This document shows positions 1 through 11,855 of a stretch of 32,545 nucleotides of DNA, piece by piece. The stretch is from Octopus bimaculoides (lineage: Eukaryota), in NCBI RefSeq assembly GCF_001194135.2, contig NC_068985.1:35571601-35604145 (forward strand). The letters are read 5' to 3'. Within the stretch, counting starts at the first letter, position 1. The number at the start of each line of letters is the position of its first letter. A model generated the notes under the pieces. That model saw only the letters and a program-made list of their open reading frames with translations. It made no database searches and was not told the origin of the DNA. The position numbers and the translations under genes were made by a program.

Positions 1-89
1 ATATATACGTGTGTGTGTATATATATATATATATGTATATCTATCTAGCTATCCCTCTATCTATCTATTTACCTAGCTATCCATATATG

Positions 90-195
<106 letters not shown>

Positions 196-249
196 AGTGT
201 GTGGGGAAGACTGCTACTTATATGGGGGAGGACTGCTACGTATATATAT

Positions 250-360
250 CCAAGTCTATAACAGGACACACTTGCTCAACACACCATAGAGAGAGATCGA
301 ACTTTAAATCACGGAGCTACAAAGCGAAATTCTTAACCACGAACTCAGAAACTGCGTTCA
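250..360 (-). mobile_element. Degenerate tRNA-derived SINE head
   Basis: Reverse complement reads GTGGTTAAGAATTTCGCTT...AAAGTTCGATCTC...TTGAGCAAGTGT, i.e. A-box-like and B-box-like remnants plus a body resembling the SINE at 15060-15210. Confidence 0.3.
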
Positions 361-2445
361 TGTTAAATACCTACCGAGGTCGGTTTTGCCTTGGGTCTAT
401 GAAATAGTATCAGTTGAGAAATTAGATTTGATTCAATTTTTAGTTATACTCCTTAGAAGCTGGTGTCTTTGTGCTTAAAACAAAAACAAATGTCATTAAG
501 TTGTCGCTTCAATTTAGGAATAACATTTCGAAAAATCTGTCACAGAGAATATATTGAAGATACTACAGTAATGTTGCGTAAGACTCTGAAGAATTTGGTA
601 GAATGATTCTCCCAAGGTACAACGATAATTTAGATGTTAACTCCCAGGTTGAGAGAGTAATATACTTTACTGATAGTCTGTTACATTCTCCAGGTAGTTA
701 TGTCTCGTATGATACATACCTGTTTGTAATCTCCTCAGTTGCAAGTTTGCCAAGAGCATAAATACAACTCACTAGTGCTCACATGATGAATGAATCTAGC
801 TCATCAGAAATCAACACATCCGATAGAGAATAGGATTATGCATCTTAAAGATTTTGTTTACGTGTGATCATTCTATACATATTTATGAACATATAAATAA
901 ACAATATTGTACCTCAGGGTATAGGGTAAGAAGTATATTTTTCTCATTTTAATGTAGATCTTACTGCTTTGTGCAGTCTTACAGAGTGATTTAATTCGTA
1001 ATACTGAAGGCAAATAACAGTTTGGTCACCTGGATCCACTATATTTTGTAAATAATGTTGTTACAATTTTCAAATTGTTTAGTTTTAAGATTTTTTAAAT
1101 CGGTTTATTTAACACTATGAATCTGAATATACTTCCCCATAAATTAGCAATTCAGAATTGAGAGTGTCTTTTATAAATCTTATTTATAACTTAATCATTT
1201 TGTATATTTTTTTTAATAAATACAATGTTCGAACATTATTTTGTATGTATTTTATATGATGTAAGAGATAATAAACTTCAGCAGAGTTTGAAGCAATATT
1301 CAGAAGAGTCAAAATTAGAAAAACTAAAGTGTCTAGTTCGGCTCTCTACCGACTGAGTACTTTTGAGGAAACCAAACGAACAATCCAAAGAAAAACGACA
1401 TCCTTGCTACAACCATTCCATCTTTTCAGACATCGTTTATAAATACCTCTTAAATTATCTCATGTTTTTTCCCACCTCAAAGACGGTAGAGTGTGATCTG
1501 AAAGGTGTTTGGCTGCTATTTCTAATAGAACCATCAATTTCTCTTTTAGACCAGATAGAGGCAGATATTCCCTCGTTGGCTTGGTTTTTTGAAGCCTTAG
1601 TACGCACTGCTAATCTTGCCATGGAGACGACTCTTCAGCCTATGTTGCTAGTATAGAGAAAGAACTGTTTGCTATTCTGATCAGTCAGCACCTGTTAGAC
1701 ACATCATCTTTCCCCATTCCTGAATGACACCGATTTTCAAAATACTTTTGCTCCTTTCTCACTTCTGAACCCAACCGTTAGCTAACAATCAACTTCTCTT
1801 CCCACATAGTGTCACCTAACCACTGCCTAATTGACGCTACAAACTCAAAATTATCCGACTATAAAGCCGTTCTTGTCCTAAGAGCTTCCTGATACTTGAA
1901 GTTGAATAACTAGTCCAAGCACCATCATTTCTATGCTTCCGGCAAAAACTGTTCTTCATTTCTGACTCATGCGAGAAAGCAAAACAGTTCAGCGATAACA
2001 TCCTTGTAGTTATGTCTATGTACTCCAAATTCACCACTCCCTACACTCAAGCTGGAATGAACAAAGACCATTGTCTCCAACTGTAGGAAGTTAGTCTTCA
2101 TCTGCAGATGGAGTTCCCTTCATTACTATTGTATCACAGAACAAGCATCTGAAAGTAAAGAATACTTTGGAGCATCACACGCCCTGCAAATGTTCTTTCA
2201 AGTTACAATCGGCCTGAACAATGACGACACAAAGTAGTATTCGATAGATAAAGTCACCATATCTCCAACTTAATTTTCCCCATTTTAACATTACCCAAAG
2301 TCTCCTACTACATTTCACCTAACTCACCGTCATGTGATCAGTTTCAGATGATCCTAACACAAGGTAACGATCATGAGAATATTTTCCTATTATTCTCGAT
2401 GTTCTTCCTGGCGATCACTTATCCTCACCAAACTCTTCACTCTAT

Positions 2446-2534
2446 TTCTCTCTCCCTCTCTCTTTGTCTCTCTTTTTCACTATTTCTTTCCTTTTCTCTT
2501 TCTTTCTTTCTCTCTCTCTCTTTCTCTCTCTCTC

Positions 2535-2626
<92 letters not shown>

Positions 2627-2631
2627 TCTCT
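2446..2631. repeat. (CT)n / pyrimidine-rich microsatellite
   Basis: Directly visible; it explains the low-complexity ORFs at 2348-2709. Confidence 0.98.
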
Positions 2632-2759
2632 GCAGATAACAATCACAACCAATAAAAACACAACCGTGTGACCTAATCTTAAGAAGAGTAACTTCTCTAA
2701 CTCTATCAACTACCCCTCACTTCCATAATTTCAAAGATAATGAAAGCAATTACAAACCA

Positions 2760-3800
2760 TTTCATCATTTATCCCTTTGAATTTCTCTTCTTGCGGAATG
2801 ATTTGCAGCAGGATGAGTTTATCGGATATTTTTTTTACCCTGCATCACTTTTGAGCACTTTAGTAATGGCTCTGTTGCTGACAACAAGCAAAGCCTTCTT
2901 TCATGTTTAGTGAGACAATTTTCCAGTTAAATTTCATACCAAAGCATCTTTATCTTTGCAATGTTCATTTACTGGAGTTCCTTACAAGCTATCAATCAGC
3001 AGTACGTATCTCGTGTTTAATATCGTCTTCGATTATTTTCTTCTCTTCATTGGTTCCCATCTCGCTCTTCTAAAACACCTACTCCAGAGCAGAGTCAGTT
3101 GGCTCAATATCCATATCATTTCCAAACCATCCTTGACTAGTAAGATTAACATATGATTGTTGATCACCGTGATCATGAAAGAAGATCTGACTTGAATTGC
3201 TTCCATGAATAGAGATCTAATAAAATTCTTCCTTGGGGACATGGCAGCTTATCCAATAATACAAAAACATTGCTGTTCTATATCTGAAGGAAACTATCAC
3301 ACTATGCATTCAATCTACAAAAACAGTACATTATTAAACCGACAGTACCGTTATGAATGCTCTGCCTTACAATATTTAATGATTTTTCATGGCAACCTCA
3401 CATATATAGCGTTGGCAGAATTGCTACTCAAAAACTAAACTTGCTTTTCTCGAACATTAAATTTTCATTTTTTATCATTTGTTGATCATCAATAAATTTC
3501 AAGTTAAGTTCCACAAGACACCAGCTTTGCTGCACATATAAATATGCTATCTGGCTAACTGAACGAGAATCATACATCTGTTATTACCTCCTGCTTTTTC
3601 TGTTTCTACAACTATTCTGGTGAACTAGCAATGTGCGTAACACATTTGAACTGGTCCACATAATACATTTACTTTTCAACATATCTACGCCACCTCTATC
3701 CTAAAATATGCACCTAGAACTTAATTAAATTCTTCGTCAGTAACCCATCAGTCCTCTTGAATTCTTTCGCACCCCACATTTTTCTCACAAGTATCACCTT
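2760..3800 (-). mobile_element. Highly decayed pogo/Tigger-like DDE transposase remnant
   Basis: Minus-strand motifs in the expected order across frameshifts: EFKRTDGLL (~3764-3738; cf. EFKASDGWL), IYMCSKAGVLWNL (~3543-3505; cf. IYNCDETGLFWK), VLLDKLPCP (~3262-3236; cf. LLLDNAPCHP). Confidence 0.45.
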
Positions 3801-3940
3801 CGTGAAATTCTAAATGAGCATCAACCTCATCAACCTAACAAGACTGGGTAAACTTTCGAAGTTCATAGGTTCCCTTTTCTACTATAACTAGAAAATTTTT
3901 GTTTTAATGGCGTGAGCTCGCTTATGCACCTGTGTGCGTT

Positions 3941-3942
3941 CG

Positions 3943-4002
<60 letters not shown>

Positions 4003-4205
4003 NNNNNNNNNNNNNNNNNNNNNNNNNNNNNNNNNNNNNNNNNNNNNNNNNNNNNNNNNNNNNNNNNNNNNNNNNNNNNNNNNNNNNNNNNNNNNNNNNN
4101 NNNNNNNNNNNNNNNNNNNNNNNNNNNNNNNNNNNNNNNNNNNNNNNNNNNNNNNNNNNNNNNNNNNNNNNNNNNNNNNNNNNNNNNNNNNNNNNNNNNN
4201 NNNNN

Positions 4206-4245
<40 letters not shown>

Positions 4246-4259
4246 TGTGTGTGTGTGTG

Positions 4260-4311
<52 letters not shown>
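3941..4311. repeat. (GCGT)n, assembly gap 4003-4205, (TG)n, (AGAT)n
   Basis: Directly visible. Confidence 0.97.
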
Positions 4312-4925
4312 AACTCGCACATATACACGCGCATGCACACACACAGAAATAATGAAATATATAGGGAACGAGTGAAAAAAAAAGAGTGGGAGCAAAATGG
4401 AAGGGATGAGAAAAACGAAAAATGTTTGCTTTTACGAGGATGTTAATTGTAAATTGTTGATATGGAACTTTCACGAATCTATTTGTGTATGACAAAAAAT
4501 ACATCCATATTCCGTTTTTTAGCATTCGTGGGCAGGGTTTTTTTTTCTCTGCTTTATATTTATATATTATCTAAATGTATTTGACACCTTTCAGTGTCCG
4601 GAACAAATATATAAGTAAAAACATATCAACTGATAACAATTCAAATATTGTTAAACCGTTGTGGAACTTACACAAAACATATCTAGTTCCAACGGAGTGC
4701 AATCAATGCCAATGTCATTAGTGGCTGTACTGTTTCCCACGGGAGAAGAGATATCGATAATTTTATGTTGACATCATCTGAACTAAACCTGTCGGCTGTC
4801 GGCTGAAGCAAAATACACGGAATCGACATCGTCATCACCGTGTCTAACAGCCTGTTGAGCTTTAAAAAATGGATTCCCTTAAGTACCAAAGCATATGCGT
4901 TCGCTCCCAATAGGTGCTTTCATGT

Positions 4926-4926
<1 letters not shown>

Positions 4927-4984
<58 letters not shown>

Positions 4985-5001
4985 GAAAGAAAGAAGGAAA
5001 G
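4927..5001. repeat. (AAAG)n microsatellite
   Basis: Directly visible. Confidence 0.97.
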
Positions 5002-5419
5002 AAATCTAAAGTTACTATCTATACTAACTAGATTTCGCTGTTTGCTTCATTGACACACTTATCGCCGTCTACTCATGTTATCAGTGCTTCTCGGTGACAC
5101 AACAATGCATTTAAGTTGTCTTGTATTTTAATGTAAATTAAATTTAGTATAGAAAATAAATTTTATAATCTTTATTGAAGTGGGTAGATTTCAATTATTA
5201 TTCCTGATTTTGATGTTAAAGCGCCTGACATTGTACCATGCAATATTTTGTTACGGTATTATGTTCAGAGTTTCAAATCCTACTAAGTTTGTTCCATATA
5301 GCAGGAATCGTGTTGTATCATTTTCCTGGTCTATTATCTTCCGACTTTGCACTTACTCTCCCCACTATCACATCTTAGGATTGACTCAGGGTGCGATCGA
5401 AACTCTGAGTGATAAGCTC

Positions 5420-5420
<1 letters not shown>

Positions 5421-5461
<41 letters not shown>

Positions 5462-6101
5462 NNNNNNNNNNNNNNNNNNNNNNNNNNNNNNNNNNNNNNN
5501 NNNNNNNNNNNNNNNNNNNNNNNNNNNNNNNNNNNNNNNNNNNNNNNNNNNNNNNNNNNNNNNNNNNNNNNNNNNNNNNNNNNNNNNNNNNNNNNNNNNN
5601 NNNNNNNNNNNNNNNNNNNNNNNNNNNNNNNNNNNNNNNNNNNNNNNNNNNNNNNNNNNNNNNNNNNNNNNNNNNNNNNNNNNNNNNNNNNNNNNNNNNN
5701 NNNNNNNNNNNNNNNNNNNNNNNNNNNNNNNNNNNNNNNNNNNNNNNNNNNNNNNNNNNNNNNNNNNNNNNNNNNNNNNNNNNNNNNNNNNNNNNNNNNN
5801 NNNNNNNNNNNNNNNNNNNNNNNNNNNNNNNNNNNNNNNNNNNNNNNNNNNNNNNNNNNNNNNNNNNNNNNNNNNNNNNNNNNNNNNNNNNNNNNNNNNN
5901 NNNNNNNNNNNNNNNNNNNNNNNNNNNNNNNNNNNNNNNNNNNNNNNNNNNNNNNNNNNNNNNNNNNNNNNNNNNNNNNNNNNNNNNNNNNNNNNNNNNN
6001 NNNNNNNNNNNNNNNNNNNNNNNNNNNNNNNNNNNNNNNNNNNNNNNNNNNNNNNNNNNNNNNNNNNNNNNNNNNNNNNNNNNNNNNNNNNNNNNNNNNN
6101 N
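5421..6101. other. (TA)n followed by assembly gap 5462-6101
   Basis: N run; ORFs crossing it are artefacts. Confidence 0.99.
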
Positions 6102-6639
6102 NCTTACACCATGACGTTACATTCTACAGACAAGCCAGAAAAAACATTTCTCTGAATCATAAGTCTAGCCCAGCTTCAGCCACTTTACGTTAATTTCAGT
6201 ATCCTCTCATGTTTGTTAGGTGCTGTTCAAGAAATGGAAAGCTTCCGATAGTTAATTCCTTTGCTAAAATCACAGTTCGTGTTATCGTAATTCATATGAT
6301 GAACGGAAATTTAAAAAATACCATTTTCCATCTTTGTACATCAGTAATTGTGTGTCTATATAGGTAATTAATGCTAAAATGTACAAATATGTACATCGAC
6401 GGAAAAGTAAGGCAGAGCAAATAATAAGTTATACAATTACATGTGTTTGAACCTGCAGTAAGATTTTCAGTATGATTTTGTTCAAGTATACATTAGGTGT
6501 GCATTCCAGTTCACTGTCATGCAAAGTCACGAAATCTCTTTATATGTATATTAGAATTAAACACAATACCCGCTTTCTTCATAAAGTCAATTTTTGCTTT
6601 TGAGCGCTTGCTATAACTGTAAATTTACTAAGCTAGTGC

Positions 6640-8015
6640 TATTGGACGAGTAAGAGACAAAGGTACTGTGAATAAAGATAGAGTGACCCATGAATACTAC
6701 ACCAGACTAAGGAAAATATGGCTGTCTGAACTCTCCTCTTACAACAAGACAATATCCCACAATGCTGGCTCCAACATTTGGGGTATTTTACTGGTCTGTA
6801 GAAGAAATTCATTCTATAGACATTAAAACTCGCAAGATTCTAACATCAACTGGAAATCTCCACAAAAATAGTGATGTTGACAGGCTCTACCTAAGAAGAG
6901 ATAAAGGAGGTAGAAGCTTCAGATCAGTGCAGACAGCCTCCGAATGTCGCATAGTCTCTCTCAGGCAGAACTTGCTAAACAACAGCATCAAAAATAGATA
7001 CATTAACTTAGTGCTGAAAAGTGAAGAAAACAATATCTTACGTGTTGGAAGTGAGCTCCTCATGATATACTCTCTTCCTGATGGTCTCCCATACAACCTC
7101 TAATCAGCCGACTAGCATACCTCAAAGAAGATCAGGAGGCGAAACGCTCAGCATACCAAAAGAAAAGGCCATGCATGGGTGTGTTTTCTAAAGACTTGGA
7201 GAAAGTAGTAACGCTGACATGAAGCGAAGCCTCTCTTGAACTTGTGACCGATACATTACATCACACTTCTAAGGCTATGCATTTGCAATCCAAGAACAGG
7301 AGACTGCTTCTAAATATTTAATCAACAAAAGAGACAGTGAAGCCATCGGAGTTCCAAAATGCAACAGTAAATGCAGATTTTATCATAGCAGTTGCCCTAA
7401 AATGTCATCAAGGTACTATCTCCCTATGCAACATGACACTGTCGCAAAAACAATATACAATGCCTTCAGGAAAAAGGACTGTCTTGGAATAAATATAAAG
7501 AATCCCCCTGTTATTGAATACGTACACAAATATCAGCATAAGGAATACTGGTGGAAAATTCCCATCAAAACATCTGTCAAGTGTAAACATAACAGGCCGG
7601 ATATTGTTGTTTGAGACAGATAAGAAAAAGTACATATCGTGATAAAGGTCAGCTGTCCTGTTGATGTGAATATCTCTTTGAAAATCAAAGAGAAAGAAGA
7701 TAACTATGAACAACTGCTTCGAAACCTCCAGTTTCAATATCCGGATTACAAATTTACTTTTATACCAATAATAATTGGAGCACTTGGTTTTGTAAGTAAA
7801 TGTATAACTGATAGCCTGGATAATCTGGAATTTTCAGAAAATGAAATCAACCGACTGATTCGCACATTACAAACACAATCTGTAAGCAGAACAGTAAAAC
7901 TATGCAAGCCTTTTCTCAGGTTTAAAATTTGACATTGTTTTTGTCATCTACATTCCAAAGATGGAGCTTTATATATCTTTGTTGGAAACCAGGTCCTTTT
8001 TCAGAGGAAGAACTT
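6640..8015 (+). mobile_element. 5'-truncated R4/NeSL-type non-LTR retrotransposon 3' part (post-RT region plus restriction-like endonuclease), decayed
   Basis: EYYTRLRKIWLSEL; IDIKTRKILTSTGNLHKNSDVDRLYLRRDKGGR; YLPMQHDTVAKTIY; KCKHNRPDIVV (PD motif); IKVSCPVDVNI..KEKEDNY; IPIIIGALG. Multiple stops and frameshifts. Confidence 0.9.
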
Positions 8016-8383
8016 AAATGATTAAAAACACAAAAGACATACGTACATGTGGGGGGGGGGTATGGTCGCAGCATATCAAAACATACACTTAGAATGATAT
8101 TTTGTATTCCCGTTGGAGATATGTACTTTCACTGGGAGTGACATCGTATGGCTAGGAGTTAACAACAGCATTATCAGGTACATATCGTAAAAGCTATGGG
8201 AAAAATGTACCTATATCGATTTTACTGCCACTAAAAACAAAAATCTTTCGTCGAGAGTATAAAACGGAATTCTGTGCATTTGTTTTGATATGCAATGAGA
8301 AGGACTGTAATCACCAGTTTTGTAGATACATTAATTATATACATACATAAATATATATTTATGTAATACATAAATTATGTATG

Positions 8384-8406
8384 CACACACACACGCACGC
8401 ACACAT

Positions 8407-8489
<83 letters not shown>
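8384..8489. repeat. (CA)n microsatellite
   Basis: Directly visible. Confidence 0.98.
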
Positions 8490-8491
<2 letters not shown>

Positions 8492-9032
8492 ATGGCAGTT
8501 TCTTCGCAGTCGAAGGAAGACCATGCATTATACTCTCAACATTTACGGGCTCACATATGACTTCTGACCGTGAAGTCAGACGCACAGATAGAAATTGTTT
8601 GAAAAAAACGTGTTTTTGCTATTTTGTTTGTTTGTTTGTTTTTTAATATTGATTATCCTAGAATAAAATTTGCATTGGAGCTGCAGGAAATGGGATGAAT
8701 ATCATTCCACCGGTAGTTAATTAATAGAAATTTGGTGAAGTTGAAGGCCCTCGATTTTTGGCAATACTATTGCCGAACGACAGGAAATTCATTCTATGCA
8801 ATGACGTCAGCGGATATAATGGCGAGTGACTTCCTCTCTCATTATTATTTATTTTTTGTGTCTCGCATGAAAGGGCATATATGCTTTTTAATGCACACTT
8901 CACCACAGATGTATAACCCTAATCGGTGAGATACAAAAATTTATTCATCATATAATGTGCTTATTTCTTCACAACTTAAAGGTATAACTTTTACTATGTA
9001 AACGAATCACATTCACCCAGTCATTAGCTTAC

Positions 9033-9213
9033 TTGAGAGTATCAGATTGCCCTGAAGAGAAATTAATTAGTAATGTACTTTTGTCCATGGTATCCTCCGG
9101 AAATATTTCCATTTTCTGTGAAATATTGCTTGATAGAATGTTTTGGTTAAATCTAATAAGAAATTCTTTCCATTTTGTTAAAGTAAGAATTTTTATTTTA
9201 GTAGATACAAGGT
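9033..9213 (-). CDS. Weak candidate internal exon (phase 1 to 2), product unknown
   Basis: Weak acceptor ...AAATTGAG, stop-free frame DLVSTKIKILTLTKWKEFLIRFNQ...SSGQSDTL, donor AA/GTAAGC. No homology recognised. Confidence 0.2.
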
Positions 9214-9437
9214 CTCAATTTCATTTTTGAGGAAATGAAATGTGAAGGAAGTGGACTTCCCAAGACTATCAACTGCTTACCGAAATGAAATTACATCAAC
9301 TAAGAATTGAATTTAGGCTAAAGATTCAGTTTGATGTCAGCTTATCTCTTGCTCTGTGACAAAAGCCTATTTGGTATTGAAGCATCATTTTGTAGATATA
9401 TGTGTGTGTGTGTGTGTAGGTGTGCGTGTGTATTTGT

Positions 9438-9820
9438 GGAGGCGCAATGGCCCAGTGGTTAGGGCAGCGGACTCGCGGTCATAGGATCGCGGTTTCGATT
9501 CCCAGACTGGGCGTTGTGAGTGTTTATTGAGCGAAAGCACCTAAAGCTCCACGAGGCTCTGGCAGGGGATGGTGGCGAACCCTGCTGTACTCTTTCACCA
9601 CAACTTTCTCTCACTCTTTCTTCCTGTTTCTGTTGTGCCTGTAATTCAAAGGGTCAACCTTGTCACACTGTGTCACACTGAATATCCCCGAGAACTACGT
9701 TAAGGGTACACGTGTCTGTAGAGTGCTCAGTCACTTTCACGTTAATTTCACGAGCAGGCTGTTCCGTTGATCGGATCAACTGGAACCCTCGACGTCGTAA
9801 GCGACGGAGTGCCAACAACA
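9438..9820 (+). mobile_element. Apparently full-length tRNA-derived SINE with tRNA-Arg-like head (possibly octopus OR-type)
   Basis: A box TGGCCCAGTGG at 9448-9458; B box GGTTTCGATTCCC at 9491-9503; 3' hairpins GTTGATC-G-GATCAAC and CGTCG-TAAG-CGACG; short CAACAACA tail. Family name is from recall. Confidence 0.85.
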
Positions 9821-9840
9821 TGTGTGTATTTATACTGTAT

Positions 9841-9917
9841 CCGTCTATCTATCTATGTATTTATCTATCTGTCTCTGTCTCTCTTTCTCTCTCTTTCAGA
9901 CAGACGGACAGACAGGC

Positions 9918-9988
<71 letters not shown>
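9841..9988. repeat. Compound (TCTA)/(TC)/(CAGA)/(GATA) microsatellite
   Basis: Directly visible. Confidence 0.95.
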
Positions 9989-10721
9989 CTTGATTATGCA
10001 AGATACATTATATTCATTTTGAAGGGTAATGGAACTGTGTATCATTCTCATTAACCGTTTAATCAGAGAATTTCAGTCGCTACTTTCATATCAAAATTTT
10101 TGCATCTACAAACTGGAAACTAAATTTAAACTTAAATAAAATTTTAACAGTATTAATCCTTGGTCATACATGCTTTCACTTATCTTAGGATATTGATTTT
10201 TGTAATATATGTTTCATGAACGAGTTAATAGCCGAATGCCCAGCATTTTCTTCTAAAAACATAATGCCATTCTCACAGGATGTAAATCTCGAAGACAAGC
10301 TTTAGGAAAACATCTGTTAACTTGTCCAGGAATATCTACAAACGATATAGCTTCAGACTACGCCCGTACATCAAACCTTCGTATCCCGAGATTTACTAGA
10401 GAGTATAATTCATATGTTTTTTTGGTGCCGGTTTATCTACAGATCTAGAGCTACAAATATACCGTACACTCAAATATGCAGCCATTTAATGTAGGCATTT
10501 CACTGTGACAGTCTGCATATAAAGCCTTTCCTCATTGTGCAATCTTATTCTGTATGCCCCTAGCGATTGACAGTTGTCACACTAGAAGCAGTGAAAGTAG
10601 AATTGGTCAGAGTGCAATAGTTGCTGTTTCTCTGCAGTTGCTTCTTTATCTTTCGTGGTGGGCATCCCGTCACAGTGTCTGAATCAATGGTTATTGTTGC
10701 TACTTTCATTTGTGTATGTGT

Positions 10722-10723
<2 letters not shown>

Positions 10724-10776
<53 letters not shown>
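10724..10776. repeat. (TG)n microsatellite
   Basis: Directly visible. Confidence 0.97.
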
Positions 10777-10978
10777 CGCTTCAACTGTTTGGTTCAGACG
10801 TGTATTTACTTTATATACATATGAGTTGAAAACTTTCTTCTAGCATTCCACTTAATATCTATGTTCCATGCTGGCATGGATTGGAGAGTTATTAATGTAG
10901 AAATATGGTATCGTAGCTACTAACAGTTGAGGGTTGCGTAGTCTAGACGGAGTTTTTAGATTTCATTATTCTCTTTAA

Positions 10979-11007
10979 CCCGGGCAACGCCGGGTATTTC
11001 TGCTAGT
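10979..11007 (+). mobile_element. Helitron 3' terminus
   Basis: Hairpin CCCGG-GCAACG-CCGGG, 8-nt spacer, then CTAG followed by T; this is the canonical Helitron end. 5' end not located. Confidence 0.6.
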
Positions 11008-11384
11008 TTACTATAAATCTTGCTTGCATTTTTTACTGTAACTTCTTTGATTGATGTGAATGTTGTGAAATTGTTATAAATCCTAATATTTTTGCCTTGG
11101 GTGTGCATGCCTTTGTATTTGTGCGTGCGCTATGTCTTGTATTGAGTATGAGGCTCGAATGTGTTTGTTGTTCTTTAATATTGCTAGTACGAAGCGACGC
11201 AAGGAGTTTAATAGAAGTGTATTATTTTGGAGCTTGGATTCTGTGTGACTGGTGTAAAGATGTAGAAATAAAGTAATTATGCACCTATATCCGGAGTAGT
11301 GAGAGGCTCATTTCTGATTAAGGCACAAAGCCAGAAATTTTAAGCAGTGGATGAGAGAGATTAGCCGATACCATCGACCCAGGG

Positions 11385-11534
11385 CATCTACTTCCAGGTT
11401 AAAGGCAAGTTTTTCAAGCTTTGTTCTCAGTATTTTTGTCATTGTTCCGATGGTTCCAATAATAACCGGTAGTATCATGACCTTGTTAACTTCTTTGTCT
11501 CAGCACTTGAGGATTTCAAACTTCAAGGCGGTAT
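11385..11534 (-). mobile_element. Short RLE-LINE (R4-like) C-terminal fragment
   Basis: YTALKFEILKC*DKEVNKVMILPVIIGTIGTMTKILRTKLEKL matches the RLE C-terminal pattern YxxLxxEIxxxW...IPVIIGALG. Confidence 0.65.
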
Positions 11535-11855
11535 AATACTCTACTTTTTCCCCTTCCTTTTTTTACTCTAGTGTCATATAAGCTTACTACGTCTATTACA
11601 GCAGATAATTACGTTTGTCGATGATTACAATAAACTGTCTGTTGTTTTCTATTCATTTTTCAGATCGTATAGGAAAGTTCTACAACAACCTTACTTGAAA
11701 GTTTTCGATTAAATTTAGATCTCTATCCAACAGAATGGATATAGTTATTTTCTATGCATGCAAAACGATATTTCTTTCGAAAATTTCAAATTTTCTACCA
11801 AAACAGCTATAAAAACAAGCTCCTTTGCAAGACAAGGTTCCATGGGTAAATTTCC

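Noticed and set aside
1290-2340. Possible ancient RTE reverse-transcriptase debris on the minus strand (EFGVH.., ESEMKNSF)
   Set aside because: Motifs too decayed to support a call.
4687-4923. Plus-strand exon-like frame with a single TGA (selenocysteine or readthrough idea)
   Set aside because: Poor acceptor, no SECIS evidence, and no recognisable protein.
8745-8790. Hairpin GGCAATA-C-TATTGCC followed by GAACGAC, like a hammerhead stem II
   Set aside because: The upstream core (CTCGATTTTT) and stem I are too degenerate to support a call.
9438-9515. tRNA gene
   Set aside because: Acceptor and anticodon stems do not pair properly, there is no pol III terminator, and it continues into a SINE body.
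10638-10713. Plus-strand candidate exon after the strong acceptor TGTTTCTCTGCAG
   Set aside because: Two frames are open, the donor merges into a TG repeat, and there is no homology; unresolved.
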